A DNA stretch of 20,000 nucleotides, from NCBI GenBank assembly GCA_964611355.1, contig CAZSYD010000008.1, forward strand, positions 53,939-73,938. The letters run 5' to 3'. The DNA comes from an uncultured Ignavibacteriales bacterium (GTDB lineage: Bacteria > Zixibacteria > MSB-5A5 > GN15 > JAAZOE01). A program made the position numbers and the translations under genes. The notes beneath the pieces are model-generated. The model did not search any database and was not told the origin of the DNA. It saw nothing but the letters and a program-made list of their open reading frames with translations. Positions 1 to 7,592 of the stretch are shown in pieces (within the stretch, counting starts at the first letter, position 1; each line of letters opens with the position of its first letter).

Positions 1-2
1 AC

Positions 3-512
3 GACAGTTTTTCCTCGCCGGAACCGCTGGACGTCAGAAAGGCGGATTTGAAGAAGCTTTTGCTCTATAACGCTTCCAGCGGGAGTTACGAGGACAAGAC
101 AGATGAAGCGGCTTCATCCGAAACGGCCGATGTTTTCCACTCGGCCTCGAATGCGCTGCTTTCCGCGGTTGGCGATGCGCTGTTTATCGGTATAGATGAG
201 CCGTTCAACTATCTTCATTTGCTGTTGTCCACTACCGGAGCCGGCGGCGAAGTCAACTGGAAGTACTGGGACGGCCAGACATGGAAAGCGTTTACGCCCG
301 TTTCCGGAACGTGGCACTTCGCCGCGGCTGAACATGACCTGCTTTTATGGAGCGACTTCGATTCAATCCCGGACGACTGGCAGAAAAAAACAATTTCCGA
401 AAGCAGTTGTTACTGGATTGTCGCAACGGTAACGTCGGCCTTCACGACGGCGCCGGTCGGTTCCCGCATTAACGCTATTTCCAACCTTAAAGCAATATCG
501 GCACAGGTGTAA
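3..512 (+). CDS. 5'-truncated hypothetical protein with C-terminal beta-sandwich domain of a type common in phage structural proteins
   Basis: Frame is open from position 3 (DSFSSPEPLDVRKADLKK...), so the TTG at 48 is probably not the start. Pattern 'DALFIG..PF..L....T.G.GG...WKYWDG..W ... W.K.TI....YWI' resembles jelly-roll domains of virion proteins. Stop TAA 510-512, 2 nt before the next ATG. Confidence 0.7.
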   Translation, partial: DSFSSPEPLDVRKADLKKLLLYNASSGSYEDKTDEAASSETADVFHSASNALLSAVGDALFIGIDEPFNYLHLLLSTTGAGGEVNWKYWDGQTWKAFTPVSGTWHFAAAEHDLLLWSDFDSIPDDWQKKTISESSCYWIVATVTSAFTTAPVGSRINAISNLKAISAQV

Positions 513-514
513 AT

Positions 515-1327
515 ATGGGTTTAACCAGCATAAGCCAGGTGCGCAATCATCTCAACCGGATAAATCTCGGCGAAGGCGAGATCCGTAACCACGCCGTACG
601 GCTTACTTCGGAAAGTTATGTCAACCTGCCGCACGGGCATATTGTAACCGGTTCGGAGACGGTTAAAGCGGTCGAAAATGATATTCCTTATTCGGAGATT
701 ATCGCCCTCGATTCAAGCCCGGTATCGCTGACTTATTCCAGGCTTGTTTCGGGCACAGTTGTCTGCGCCGGCGACAGCTCGCTTTCGAAGATATATCAGG
801 AAAACATCGATTTTTCGGTGGATTATGGCGAGGGGACGGTGGCGCGGATTGACGGCGGGGGTATCGAAGCGGGATGCGACGTGAGCATCTGGTATCTGTA
901 TTATCGCGTTTACCAGCGAGGCGTCGATTATCTTTTCGATTATGATCGGGGTCGTACCCGGCGGATCGCAACCGGCGCCATCGAAGAAGGCCAGGAGATA
1001 GCGGTTGATTATCAACTGGGAGATTCAGAATTCTCCGACGCCGAAATAGAACAGGGCATCACCGAAGCGGAAGCCGAGATTGCGAGGCTGATCCACCCGG
1101 ATTACCGTGAATCAACCGATCCGGCTCTTCAGACGGCCGCCACTTGTTTGACTTTGTCGGTTTTATGTCGAAATGCGGCCGGGATGGCTGTCTCCGGCGG
1201 ATCGCCAGGCGACCGCAGCCTGTCGGGCTGGATGGAGCTGTCGGATTCGTACCGGCAGACGGCGGTTCGGCTGCTGAGCTGGTTTCGCCGTGAGACGTCA
1301 GGACTTCGGACTCCGCGATTGTCATAG
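515..1327 (+). CDS. Putative phage head-tail adaptor/connector-like protein (Mu gp36/HK97 gp6-like helical fold) with inserted duplicated beta domain
   Basis: N-terminal 'LTSISQVRNHL' plus C-terminal 'SDAEIEQGITEAEAEIARLI...PALQTAATCLTLSVL...Y...A..LL' match the helical pattern of head-completion proteins. Two internal 'Y....D(F/Y)..DY..G...RI..G.IE.G....(I/V).Y' repeats. Confidence 0.55.
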   Translation: MGLTSISQVRNHLNRINLGEGEIRNHAVRLTSESYVNLPHGHIVTGSETVKAVENDIPYSEIIALDSSPVSLTYSRLVSGTVVCAGDSSLSKIYQENIDFSVDYGEGTVARIDGGGIEAGCDVSIWYLYYRVYQRGVDYLFDYDRGRTRRIATGAIEEGQEIAVDYQLGDSEFSDAEIEQGITEAEAEIARLIHPDYRESTDPALQTAATCLTLSVLCRNAAGMAVSGGSPGDRSLSGWMELSDSYRQTAVRLLSWFRRETSGLRTPRLS

Positions 1328-1341
1328 AGGGGAATATGTAA

Positions 1342-1716
1342 ATGAATACGACATTGTCATATCTGCGCGGGCGGCGGGCCTGGCTGGTTGATGGGCTGAC
1401 CGTGTGGGGGGCGGAAAGCGAAGCGGAAATTTTGATGGCTGCTATGGAGACGATCGGCTCCGATAATCGCGTCTGCTTCTGGCAGATTTCCCTGGGAGGG
1501 CATCGGCAGGAGGTGACCTTTGCCGATTTGATCGACAATCGGGGCAATCATCTACCCGAGCAGATAAAAAAGCCGACGGTGATAATCGTTCCCCGCGAAA
1601 GCAGTAGCGCTTATGTCAAAGCCGTCCGGGGCGAGGCTGGCTTTATAGTCGCCAAAAGCGACACCGATGGCAAATCGGTAGTGGTTGATCTGTTAATTTT
1701 TGAGACCGGGTTGTAG
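1342..1716 (+). CDS. Hypothetical protein (weak resemblance to H-type-lectin/gp53-like fibre domain)
   Basis: 124-aa ORF, SD-like AGAGGGGA upstream, in operon. 'EVTF...KPTVIIVP...GFIV...VDLLIF' strand pattern. Product call is weak. Confidence 0.65.
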   Translation: MNTTLSYLRGRRAWLVDGLTVWGAESEAEILMAAMETIGSDNRVCFWQISLGGHRQEVTFADLIDNRGNHLPEQIKKPTVIIVPRESSSAYVKAVRGEAGFIVAKSDTDGKSVVVDLLIFETGL

Positions 1717-1721
1717 AGCGG

Positions 1722-1979
1722 GTGGCGAAAAGACAGAAGAAAAAACCGGCGGCCCCAAAGGCCGCGGGAGGGAAACGGTTCTCTTCGGATATGGAGTTGC
1801 TTGAATATCTGAAGGATACCATCGTTTCCCAAATCGAGAAGGGAACCATAAGCCTGAAAGTGGGTGATCTTTTGAAAATACTGGAGATTCAGAAAAAACT
1901 GTCCTCCGACACCAGCGCCGAAGAGAAGTTCTGGGAGATTATTGAACAGATTCGGCAGACGGAATTGAAGGACGAATGA
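1722..1979 (+). CDS. Small helical hypothetical protein with basic N-terminal tail
   Basis: GTG start 5 nt after previous stop; 85 aa; MAKRQKKKPAAPK followed by amphipathic helices (LKVGDLLKILEIQKKL). Confidence 0.7.
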   Translation: MAKRQKKKPAAPKAAGGKRFSSDMELLEYLKDTIVSQIEKGTISLKVGDLLKILEIQKKLSSDTSAEEKFWEIIEQIRQTELKDE

Positions 1980-2022
1980 GGGCGTCAACACATCACGCGC
2001 CAATAGCTGATTTGGCGGCACA

Positions 2023-2841
2023 ATGAAAAGGCTGTTTCCGATACTGGTTTTTCTGTTTTCTTCGACTGTCCTGGGCGGGAGTTATACAATTTCTTCACCC
2101 GGGGCGACAGACTGTCGGGCGACGTTTATCAATGGCCGCTCAGGCAAGTCGCTGACCAACTTCGGCCAGGTGAACTTCGTTCGTTCCGGTTATTATTACG
2201 GAGAAATCCGGGGACTGATTGATTTTGAGGCTCTGGCCGATTCCATGCGACAGGTCGTTAATGACAGCGGGTCGGTGACCTGGGACAGCGCCATAGTTGG
2301 ACTAACCCATTACAATGTTACGGCTCCCGACGACAGTATATATGTTTCCGTTTATAAGGTAATACGCATGTGGGAAGAGGGGTTGGGCGACGGCGCACTG
2401 GGTTCCGGCAAAGATACGTGCGGTGCCTGCTGGGACAGCGCCAACGCTGCGGGGTATTCCGGTTGTTCCGGTACGGCAGCCGACTGGGGAACCGACGGCT
2501 GTGATAATACCGGCAATGACCGTTCTTCGACGAGGGAAACATTCGGCTCGCACGCCGATTCAATTTTAATACACGACGGCATATCTACGGGGACACCGGT
2601 TGATTTTTATATCTCCGGCTCAACCGTAACCGATACGTTGGGAGAGGGGCTTATTTTTATCCCCGTCGATTACGGCGACCCTTCTCCACCAACCAACAAT
2701 CCCTGCATAGCGACATTTTACTCCGACGATTATACAACCATTGCATCACGCCAGCCAAAGATAACCGTTTACTATACTCCAACCGGCGGCGGCGAAGAAC
2801 CCCGCCGACGCAGGCGAATGTTGTCGGGAGGCTCACAATGA
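2023..2841 (+). CDS. Secreted DNRLRE/TGF-beta-propeptide-like beta-sandwich protein
   Basis: Signal peptide MKRLFPILVFLFSSTVLG. Motifs 'TFI...TNFG', 'RGLIDF', 'SAIVGL', 'VYKVIRMWEEG', 'W...G', 'FYSDD......PKITVYY' are typical of DNRLRE-type domains. Stop overlaps next start (ATGA 2838-2841). Confidence 0.65.
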   Translation: MKRLFPILVFLFSSTVLGGSYTISSPGATDCRATFINGRSGKSLTNFGQVNFVRSGYYYGEIRGLIDFEALADSMRQVVNDSGSVTWDSAIVGLTHYNVTAPDDSIYVSVYKVIRMWEEGLGDGALGSGKDTCGACWDSANAAGYSGCSGTAADWGTDGCDNTGNDRSSTRETFGSHADSILIHDGISTGTPVDFYISGSTVTDTLGEGLIFIPVDYGDPSPPTNNPCIATFYSDDYTTIASRQPKITVYYTPTGGGEEPRRRRRMLSGGSQ

Positions 2842-4823
2842 GAAGAATATATATTTTAATTCTGGTATTTTGTTTGTGCACGGCGGCGCAGGCGAATTTC
2901 CTGGGGATAAAAAAGGCTTCGGAAACAGTGGTGTTCCCGGTGCAGCCGCCTCTCGATTCGGCCGGTATCCCGGGAACGGCGGATTCGATCCAGGTTATTA
3001 CTTACGCCGACAACGACGCCACCAGAGCGTACGGCGCAACCGGAACCGGTTATTCCTGCGCGGGAATTGATACCACCAAAGACTACGGCGGGACGCTTAT
3101 CTGGTTTTCCGACCGGATTCAGGATATCGACGGGGACGGCGGCAACGTGGAGCTGGCTGTTCAGATTGTTGCTTGGGTTGACGGACTGCCCACGCATACT
3201 TTCGCCACGATGCAGGTCGTCTCCGACTCGCTCGAAAATTTCCTCGATGCGGCGATGGATTCATCCTCGAGCGCCGCGGCGTTATCCAAGGATTGCCTTG
3301 ACAGCCTGCAGAATCAGGACGACTGGGTCGGGAACGTGCGGTATAACTGCGCCGATTCGATTCTGAGGCTGCGTGGTTTGCACGTTCGAGGAACGAATGC
3401 GGGCGATACGGGGCTGATTGCCATTGGCCATACCGACGGGTCCGGGGCGTACTTCAGCGGCGGCGCGGGTAATGCGCACGGGCTTTATGCCCGCGGTTTC
3501 GGAACCGGCAACGGCTTTTTAATTCAGGCTGATTCCACCGGCCACGGTATCCGGGCTCAGGGCGGACAAACCAGCGGCGACGGTATTCTTGCCGAGGCTC
3601 GCGGAAGCGCCTCCTCCTCTTACGGTATCCGGGGTAACGGGCAGGCGGCCGGTGCAGGCATCTATGGTTATGGCGGTCCGTCCGGAAACGGTATTCAGGG
3701 CGTCAGCGGCGGTGCCGGGCATGGCGCATATTTCAGGGGCGGTTCATCCGGCGGCCATGGCTTTTTGGCCGAAGCGCAGGCGGGCGACAGTTGCGGTATC
3801 GCGGCGCGCGGTCATGGTTCGGGCGGTGATTTTGCAGTCACTATTGATCTCGACGATCTGACAGGTACCCTCGATGCCTCGGAGATTGGGACTGGTGCCA
3901 TCGGTGGCGATGAGATGGCCGCTTCGGCGGCGGCGGAAATGGCCGTCGGCGTCTGGGGATACCTGCTTGACACCGCCTGGACAGCCGGATCGTTCGGCGA
4001 CTCCGCCAAAGGATGGGGCGCGACATCCGCTTCCGGTCTTGATTCGGGAGTGGTGCAGCGAATTGCCAATCGGCGCCTCGATTCAACCCAGACGGCCGAC
4101 GTGATCTCAGGGACGATTGACAGTATTGGCGGCGGCGGGGTTGACGCTATATGGAATGAAACTCAAGCCGATCACGGCCAGGCCGGTACTTTTGGTTTCT
4201 ACCTTGATGCGCCCATAAGCGGTATCGAAGCGCCTTCGGGAAGCGGGTCGTACCCGGTGACTCTGGCCGTGATTGACAGCGTCAATGCTCAGGTTGTTCC
4301 GGGAGCAAAACTATCGGTTTATAATCTCGGTCTTGACGCCCTTTTGGCGATCGGCGCTACCGGATCGGAAGGGACGGCGGTCTTTAATCTTGACTCCGGC
4401 GGTTATGTTGTCTCCACATTCGCGCCGGGATATATTTTTTCGACGTATGATACCATAACCGTTTCCGGAACCACCAGCGATAGTATCGCCGGGTATCGGT
4501 TTGATCCCGGCAGTCCGCCGGTTGGGGATCTTTGCCGGGTGTACGGGTTTATCTACGGTATCGACGGCCGGCCGGTAGAAGGGGTCCGGGTGGACGCGCA
4601 GATTACCGACGGCGTTGTCCGGCATAATTCGACGATTATCAGTCCATACCGGAAAAGCGTCGTTACCGATTCGACCGGATACTTCTATCTCGATTTGATA
4701 CCTTCCGACAAGCTGGCCCCGCCACAGACGGAATACCTGATAACCGCGACCTATCCCGCGGGAACGATCCTGAAGAAGAAAATCCAGGTCCCTGCCGGCG
4801 ACAACTGGCTTCTGGCCTGGTAG
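2838..4823 (+). CDS. Signal-peptide-bearing Gly-rich repeat fibre/adhesin-like protein with two C-terminal transthyretin-like (carboxypeptidase-regulatory/tail-fibre-N-like) domains
   Basis: Signal peptide MRRIYILILVFCLCTAAQA; about 12 imperfect 11-14-aa G-hydrophobic-x-small-x-G repeats; two '(V/I)W........AG(S/T)FG' motifs; C-terminal 'VYGFIYGIDGRPVEGVRV...TDSTGYFYLDL...Y.I'. Confidence 0.7.
   Translation: MRRIYILILVFCLCTAAQANFLGIKKASETVVFPVQPPLDSAGIPGTADSIQVITYADNDATRAYGATGTGYSCAGIDTTKDYGGTLIWFSDRIQDIDGDGGNVELAVQIVAWVDGLPTHTFATMQVVSDSLENFLDAAMDSSSSAAALSKDCLDSLQNQDDWVGNVRYNCADSILRLRGLHVRGTNAGDTGLIAIGHTDGSGAYFSGGAGNAHGLYARGFGTGNGFLIQADSTGHGIRAQGGQTSGDGILAEARGSASSSYGIRGNGQAAGAGIYGYGGPSGNGIQGVSGGAGHGAYFRGGSSGGHGFLAEAQAGDSCGIAARGHGSGGDFAVTIDLDDLTGTLDASEIGTGAIGGDEMAASAAAEMAVGVWGYLLDTAWTAGSFGDSAKGWGATSASGLDSGVVQRIANRRLDSTQTADVISGTIDSIGGGGVDAIWNETQADHGQAGTFGFYLDAPISGIEAPSGSGSYPVTLAVIDSVNAQVVPGAKLSVYNLGLDALLAIGATGSEGTAVFNLDSGGYVVSTFAPGYIFSTYDTITVSGTTSDSIAGYRFDPGSPPVGDLCRVYGFIYGIDGRPVEGVRVDAQITDGVVRHNSTIISPYRKSVVTDSTGYFYLDLIPSDKLAPPQTEYLITATYPAGTILKKKIQVPAGDNWLLAW
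3370..3830 (+). repeat. Imperfect Gly-rich peptide repeats (probable beta-helix/beta-roll)
   Basis: GLIAIG/GAYFSG/GLYARG/GFLIQA/GIRAQG/GILAEA/GIRGNG/GIYGYG/GIQGVS/GAYFRG/GFLAEA/GIAARG units separated by short G/S/N/H turns. Boundaries approximate. Confidence 0.75.
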
Positions 4824-4836
4824 AAAGGAAGAAAGA

Positions 4837-5163
4837 ATGTCATTTCCGGGTTCAATACTTGATTTTATCGCCAACAATCTACTCAGTCTCGCCGGCGGTA
4901 TATGGGCGGCGGTCGGTTTTCTGATTACCTGGCTGGCCAAACAATACCTGGTTCCTCTCCTGAAGGTGGAAAGGAATCGGCGGTATGCCCGATGGATTGC
5001 AGCCATCGCCGATGAGTTGACGGATGATTTGAAAGCGCGTTATCCGGGCAATAAATGGATCAGCGAACTGGATGAGGCCGTCGATCGAATTATGGAGATT
5101 TGCGGCATCGAAAAAGCGATTGCCGGACGGGCAATCCGGGCTGCGGTTGCCCGGAAAAGCTGA
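4837..5163 (+). CDS. Putative phage holin-like membrane protein (LL-H family-like)
   Basis: 108 aa; single N-terminal TM (LLSLAGGIWAAVGFLITWLA) then charged helices ending 'RAIRAAVARK', like the 'IEAAV..K' end of LL-H holins. SD AAGGAAG upstream; last gene of the operon. Confidence 0.55.
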   Translation: MSFPGSILDFIANNLLSLAGGIWAAVGFLITWLAKQYLVPLLKVERNRRYARWIAAIADELTDDLKARYPGNKWISELDEAVDRIMEICGIEKAIAGRAIRAAVARKS

Positions 5164-5174
5164 GAATCCCAAAC

Positions 5175-5205
5175 GAAAACCCCGCCGAAGGCCGGCGGGG
5201 TTTTC
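5175..5205. terminator. Bidirectional intrinsic terminator between convergent genes
   Basis: GAAAACCCCGCCG-aaggc-CGGCGGGGTTTTC, a perfect 13-bp inverted repeat with A/T tracts at both ends. Confidence 0.85.
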
Positions 5206-5227
5206 AATCTATCATAAAACCCTGTAA

Positions 5228-7420
5228 TTAGGGGCAAGGAGGCGGCCCTGACAGGAACAGGTATTTGTGTAAATAAATAACGTCGGAAATATCCACCGAA
5301 CCATCGCAGTTGACATCAGCCGCTTCGTGGCCGGTAACCGGTGGCGGGCCGTCGCCGTACAGGAAATTGGTCAGATAGACGATATCGGCCGGGGTCACAC
5401 CACCGTCATCGTCAACGTCACCCGGAATACAACCAACGATACAATCGATATGTGTCAGAACTGAGGTGCAACCCTTATTGCCGTTGGCGTCATGGGCGGT
5501 GGCGAAAAGGAAATAGAGCGAATCTTCATCCAGAGAACCGGTATCCCAGTAGAATTGCCAGCCGTCCCCCGGGTTGGCGTCGATACCGACGGCGGTGCGG
5601 CTGACCGTCCAGTCAAAAGGAACAGCCCCGACCATAATATCGACCTCAACCCACACGTCATTGTACGATATCCATAGCTTGTCGGCTTCTTCTTTAGCCG
5701 TGAAGTCGTTGATTGCGGCGGTTACCGGATTGACCATGCTTAAAACATAATGGCGGTTGTTATCGGCCAGGCCGGTGGCGCCGGCGATCGTCATCCACAC
5801 TCCGGGATTGCCGGATATCCCGACCATAACAATATATTCGTAATCCTCGGCCCAACTGCGTAACATGGCCATGGTTGGCTGGCGATCAATATGCAAATCA
5901 AGCTGATTTCCGTGGGCGACAACATATTCGCGCAGTCCCGAAACGAATTCGCCGTCATAGGATCCAAGATTTTCCCGGATGTGCATGGCGGAAAAAAGGC
6001 GATCTATGAGCTGGGTATCGGTCAATGTAGTCGTGCCTTCGGTTAAGAGATAGTTGTATCCCTTGTCGAACCAGTACCTGATGGCCGTGGCCGCCGCCGC
6101 CGGCCCAGAGCAATAATCGCCGTATTCGCCCTCCGAAGCCGGATTGCCATCACCGGGGTCATCGTCGACATCACCCCCAAGCTGCTGGTCGATGACGGTC
6201 AGCGGCAGCGAAAATGCCCGGCTGGCGTTCTTGATGTCAAAGGTCATATAGGTCAAATCTTCATCGGTACAGCTAAGCTGAGCCATGATACTGGTGCAGA
6301 CATTCTGACCGAAAGTCGGCTGGATGAATTCGGGCGTCGGGGGCGTCGGGTCGATATGGACGCTTACCTCTGAGGTGTCCGCTCGGCCGAGGGTATCGGA
6401 GACAATTACTCGCAACTGGTAATCATTTTCCGGAAGTCCGCCAGTGTTCCATGAATATGAAAGGCCGTCGCCGGTTCCCGAAGGGGTTACGCCGTTTCGC
6501 AACTGGGGATTGTCATTATCGTCGGTCCCGATATCAACCCAGGAATCACCGAGATAATACCGGAACTGCGCCCTGTCGATTATTTCCGAGCCGGCAGCGT
6601 CATTGGCCCATAAATCGACAGCCATACCGAGGAACTGGTTGTGTTCCGGATGAATAAATCGAGCTGCCGGAGCGGGTTGGTCGCCGGACATTCCGCCGGT
6701 GGTACCGCTCGAGAAAAGAACCAGGCGTCCGGGAAATATTTTGAACGGGTTGGACGGGTCAGTGCGGTTGTAAACCGTATCCAGGTCGACGTATCCGTCT
6801 CCCCAGTCGTTATAGGAAATGCACGGTTCGGGAAAAGTATCGGTAACCACGGCGCAGGAGGTGGGTGTGCCGGCATCGGCGAAGTATGCGCCGACGAAGT
6901 ACGGCCCGTTGATCACCACCGGAGTGTCGAGGGGAAAGGTAACCATGTAAAGACTGGGTACGGTGATCTCGATTTGGTATAGCGGCGTGATGGCTAGAAT
7001 GGTATCCGGTTTGGGACAGTTGGGATTGGTTCGGTCAACTCCTTCAACGTCGACCGATATGAAAACGGTCCCGGTATCGACAAAATAAAGGGCAAAGTGG
7101 ACGTTTTCGACAGTAAACGGATAAGGCTTGTCGCAACTCAGAGACGGGTCCTGGTAAGCTTTATACAACTCGTCGCCGATCACCCAGGGATAGATATAAT
7201 AAATTATATCACCGCCGGCATAGACTGTACAGGTGTCGCCGGTTCGCAGCCGCGGAGTAACGCCTTTGGGACTTATCGAGACCGGGTTGGTATCGGTAAT
7301 TTTGTTTATCTGAGGCGGTGGTTTTACGACGTGCGCAGCTTCCGCGGGAGCTAATATGAAAATCGTCACAACTATTGCAAAAAGGATAAAAAAACGTCGT
7401 GGATAAATATTATCGTACAT
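5228..7420 (-). CDS. Secreted multidomain protein: N-terminal beta-sandwich, Ig-like (Big) domains, degenerate C39/papain-like domain, C-terminal dockerin type I-like domain
   Basis: Signal peptide (RRFFILFAIVVTIFILAPAEA); SD GAGGAG; Ig motifs 'YSWNTGGLPENDYQLRVIVSD..G' and 'FYWDTGSL...YFLFATAHD.NGN'; 'YCSGPAAAATAIRYW'; twin EF-hand-like repeats GDVDDDGGVTPADIVYL / ADVNCDGSVDISDVIYL. Confidence 0.85.
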   Translation of the reverse strand: MYDNIYPRRFFILFAIVVTIFILAPAEAAHVVKPPPQINKITDTNPVSISPKGVTPRLRTGDTCTVYAGGDIIYYIYPWVIGDELYKAYQDPSLSCDKPYPFTVENVHFALYFVDTGTVFISVDVEGVDRTNPNCPKPDTILAITPLYQIEITVPSLYMVTFPLDTPVVINGPYFVGAYFADAGTPTSCAVVTDTFPEPCISYNDWGDGYVDLDTVYNRTDPSNPFKIFPGRLVLFSSGTTGGMSGDQPAPAARFIHPEHNQFLGMAVDLWANDAAGSEIIDRAQFRYYLGDSWVDIGTDDNDNPQLRNGVTPSGTGDGLSYSWNTGGLPENDYQLRVIVSDTLGRADTSEVSVHIDPTPPTPEFIQPTFGQNVCTSIMAQLSCTDEDLTYMTFDIKNASRAFSLPLTVIDQQLGGDVDDDPGDGNPASEGEYGDYCSGPAAAATAIRYWFDKGYNYLLTEGTTTLTDTQLIDRLFSAMHIRENLGSYDGEFVSGLREYVVAHGNQLDLHIDRQPTMAMLRSWAEDYEYIVMVGISGNPGVWMTIAGATGLADNNRHYVLSMVNPVTAAINDFTAKEEADKLWISYNDVWVEVDIMVGAVPFDWTVSRTAVGIDANPGDGWQFYWDTGSLDEDSLYFLFATAHDANGNKGCTSVLTHIDCIVGCIPGDVDDDGGVTPADIVYLTNFLYGDGPPPVTGHEAADVNCDGSVDISDVIYLHKYLFLSGPPPCP

Positions 7421-7592
7421 CCTTGAACTCCTCTGTTCAGCAAGTGCTGACGCCGGCCGGACAGCCGATTTTTTATCGTTATTATAGATATCGAAAGAAA
7501 AAACTTTTTCTGAAGGAGAGATTTCTATTCCATACCGGGCTTAATCGTTTATATTTCCAAGTGATTGATTTTTGAACACCGACAAATGGTAA

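Larger units (their letters stand above)
1..5163 (+). mobile_element. Right end of a phage-derived structural gene cluster (prophage remnant or domesticated particle locus)
   Basis: Seven co-oriented genes with gaps of -4 to 43 nt and adaptor-, fibre- and holin-like products. No capsid, terminase or integrase inside the window. Confidence 0.5.

Noticed and set aside
4311..5006. 231-aa minus-strand ORF and other ORFs antisense to the left operon
   Set aside because: Overlap well-formed + strand genes; Arg-rich shadow composition.
7437..7450. Palindrome TCAGCA-AG-TGCTGA upstream of the 730-aa gene
   Set aside because: A single 6-bp inverted repeat is expected by chance; no second copy or cognate regulator seen.
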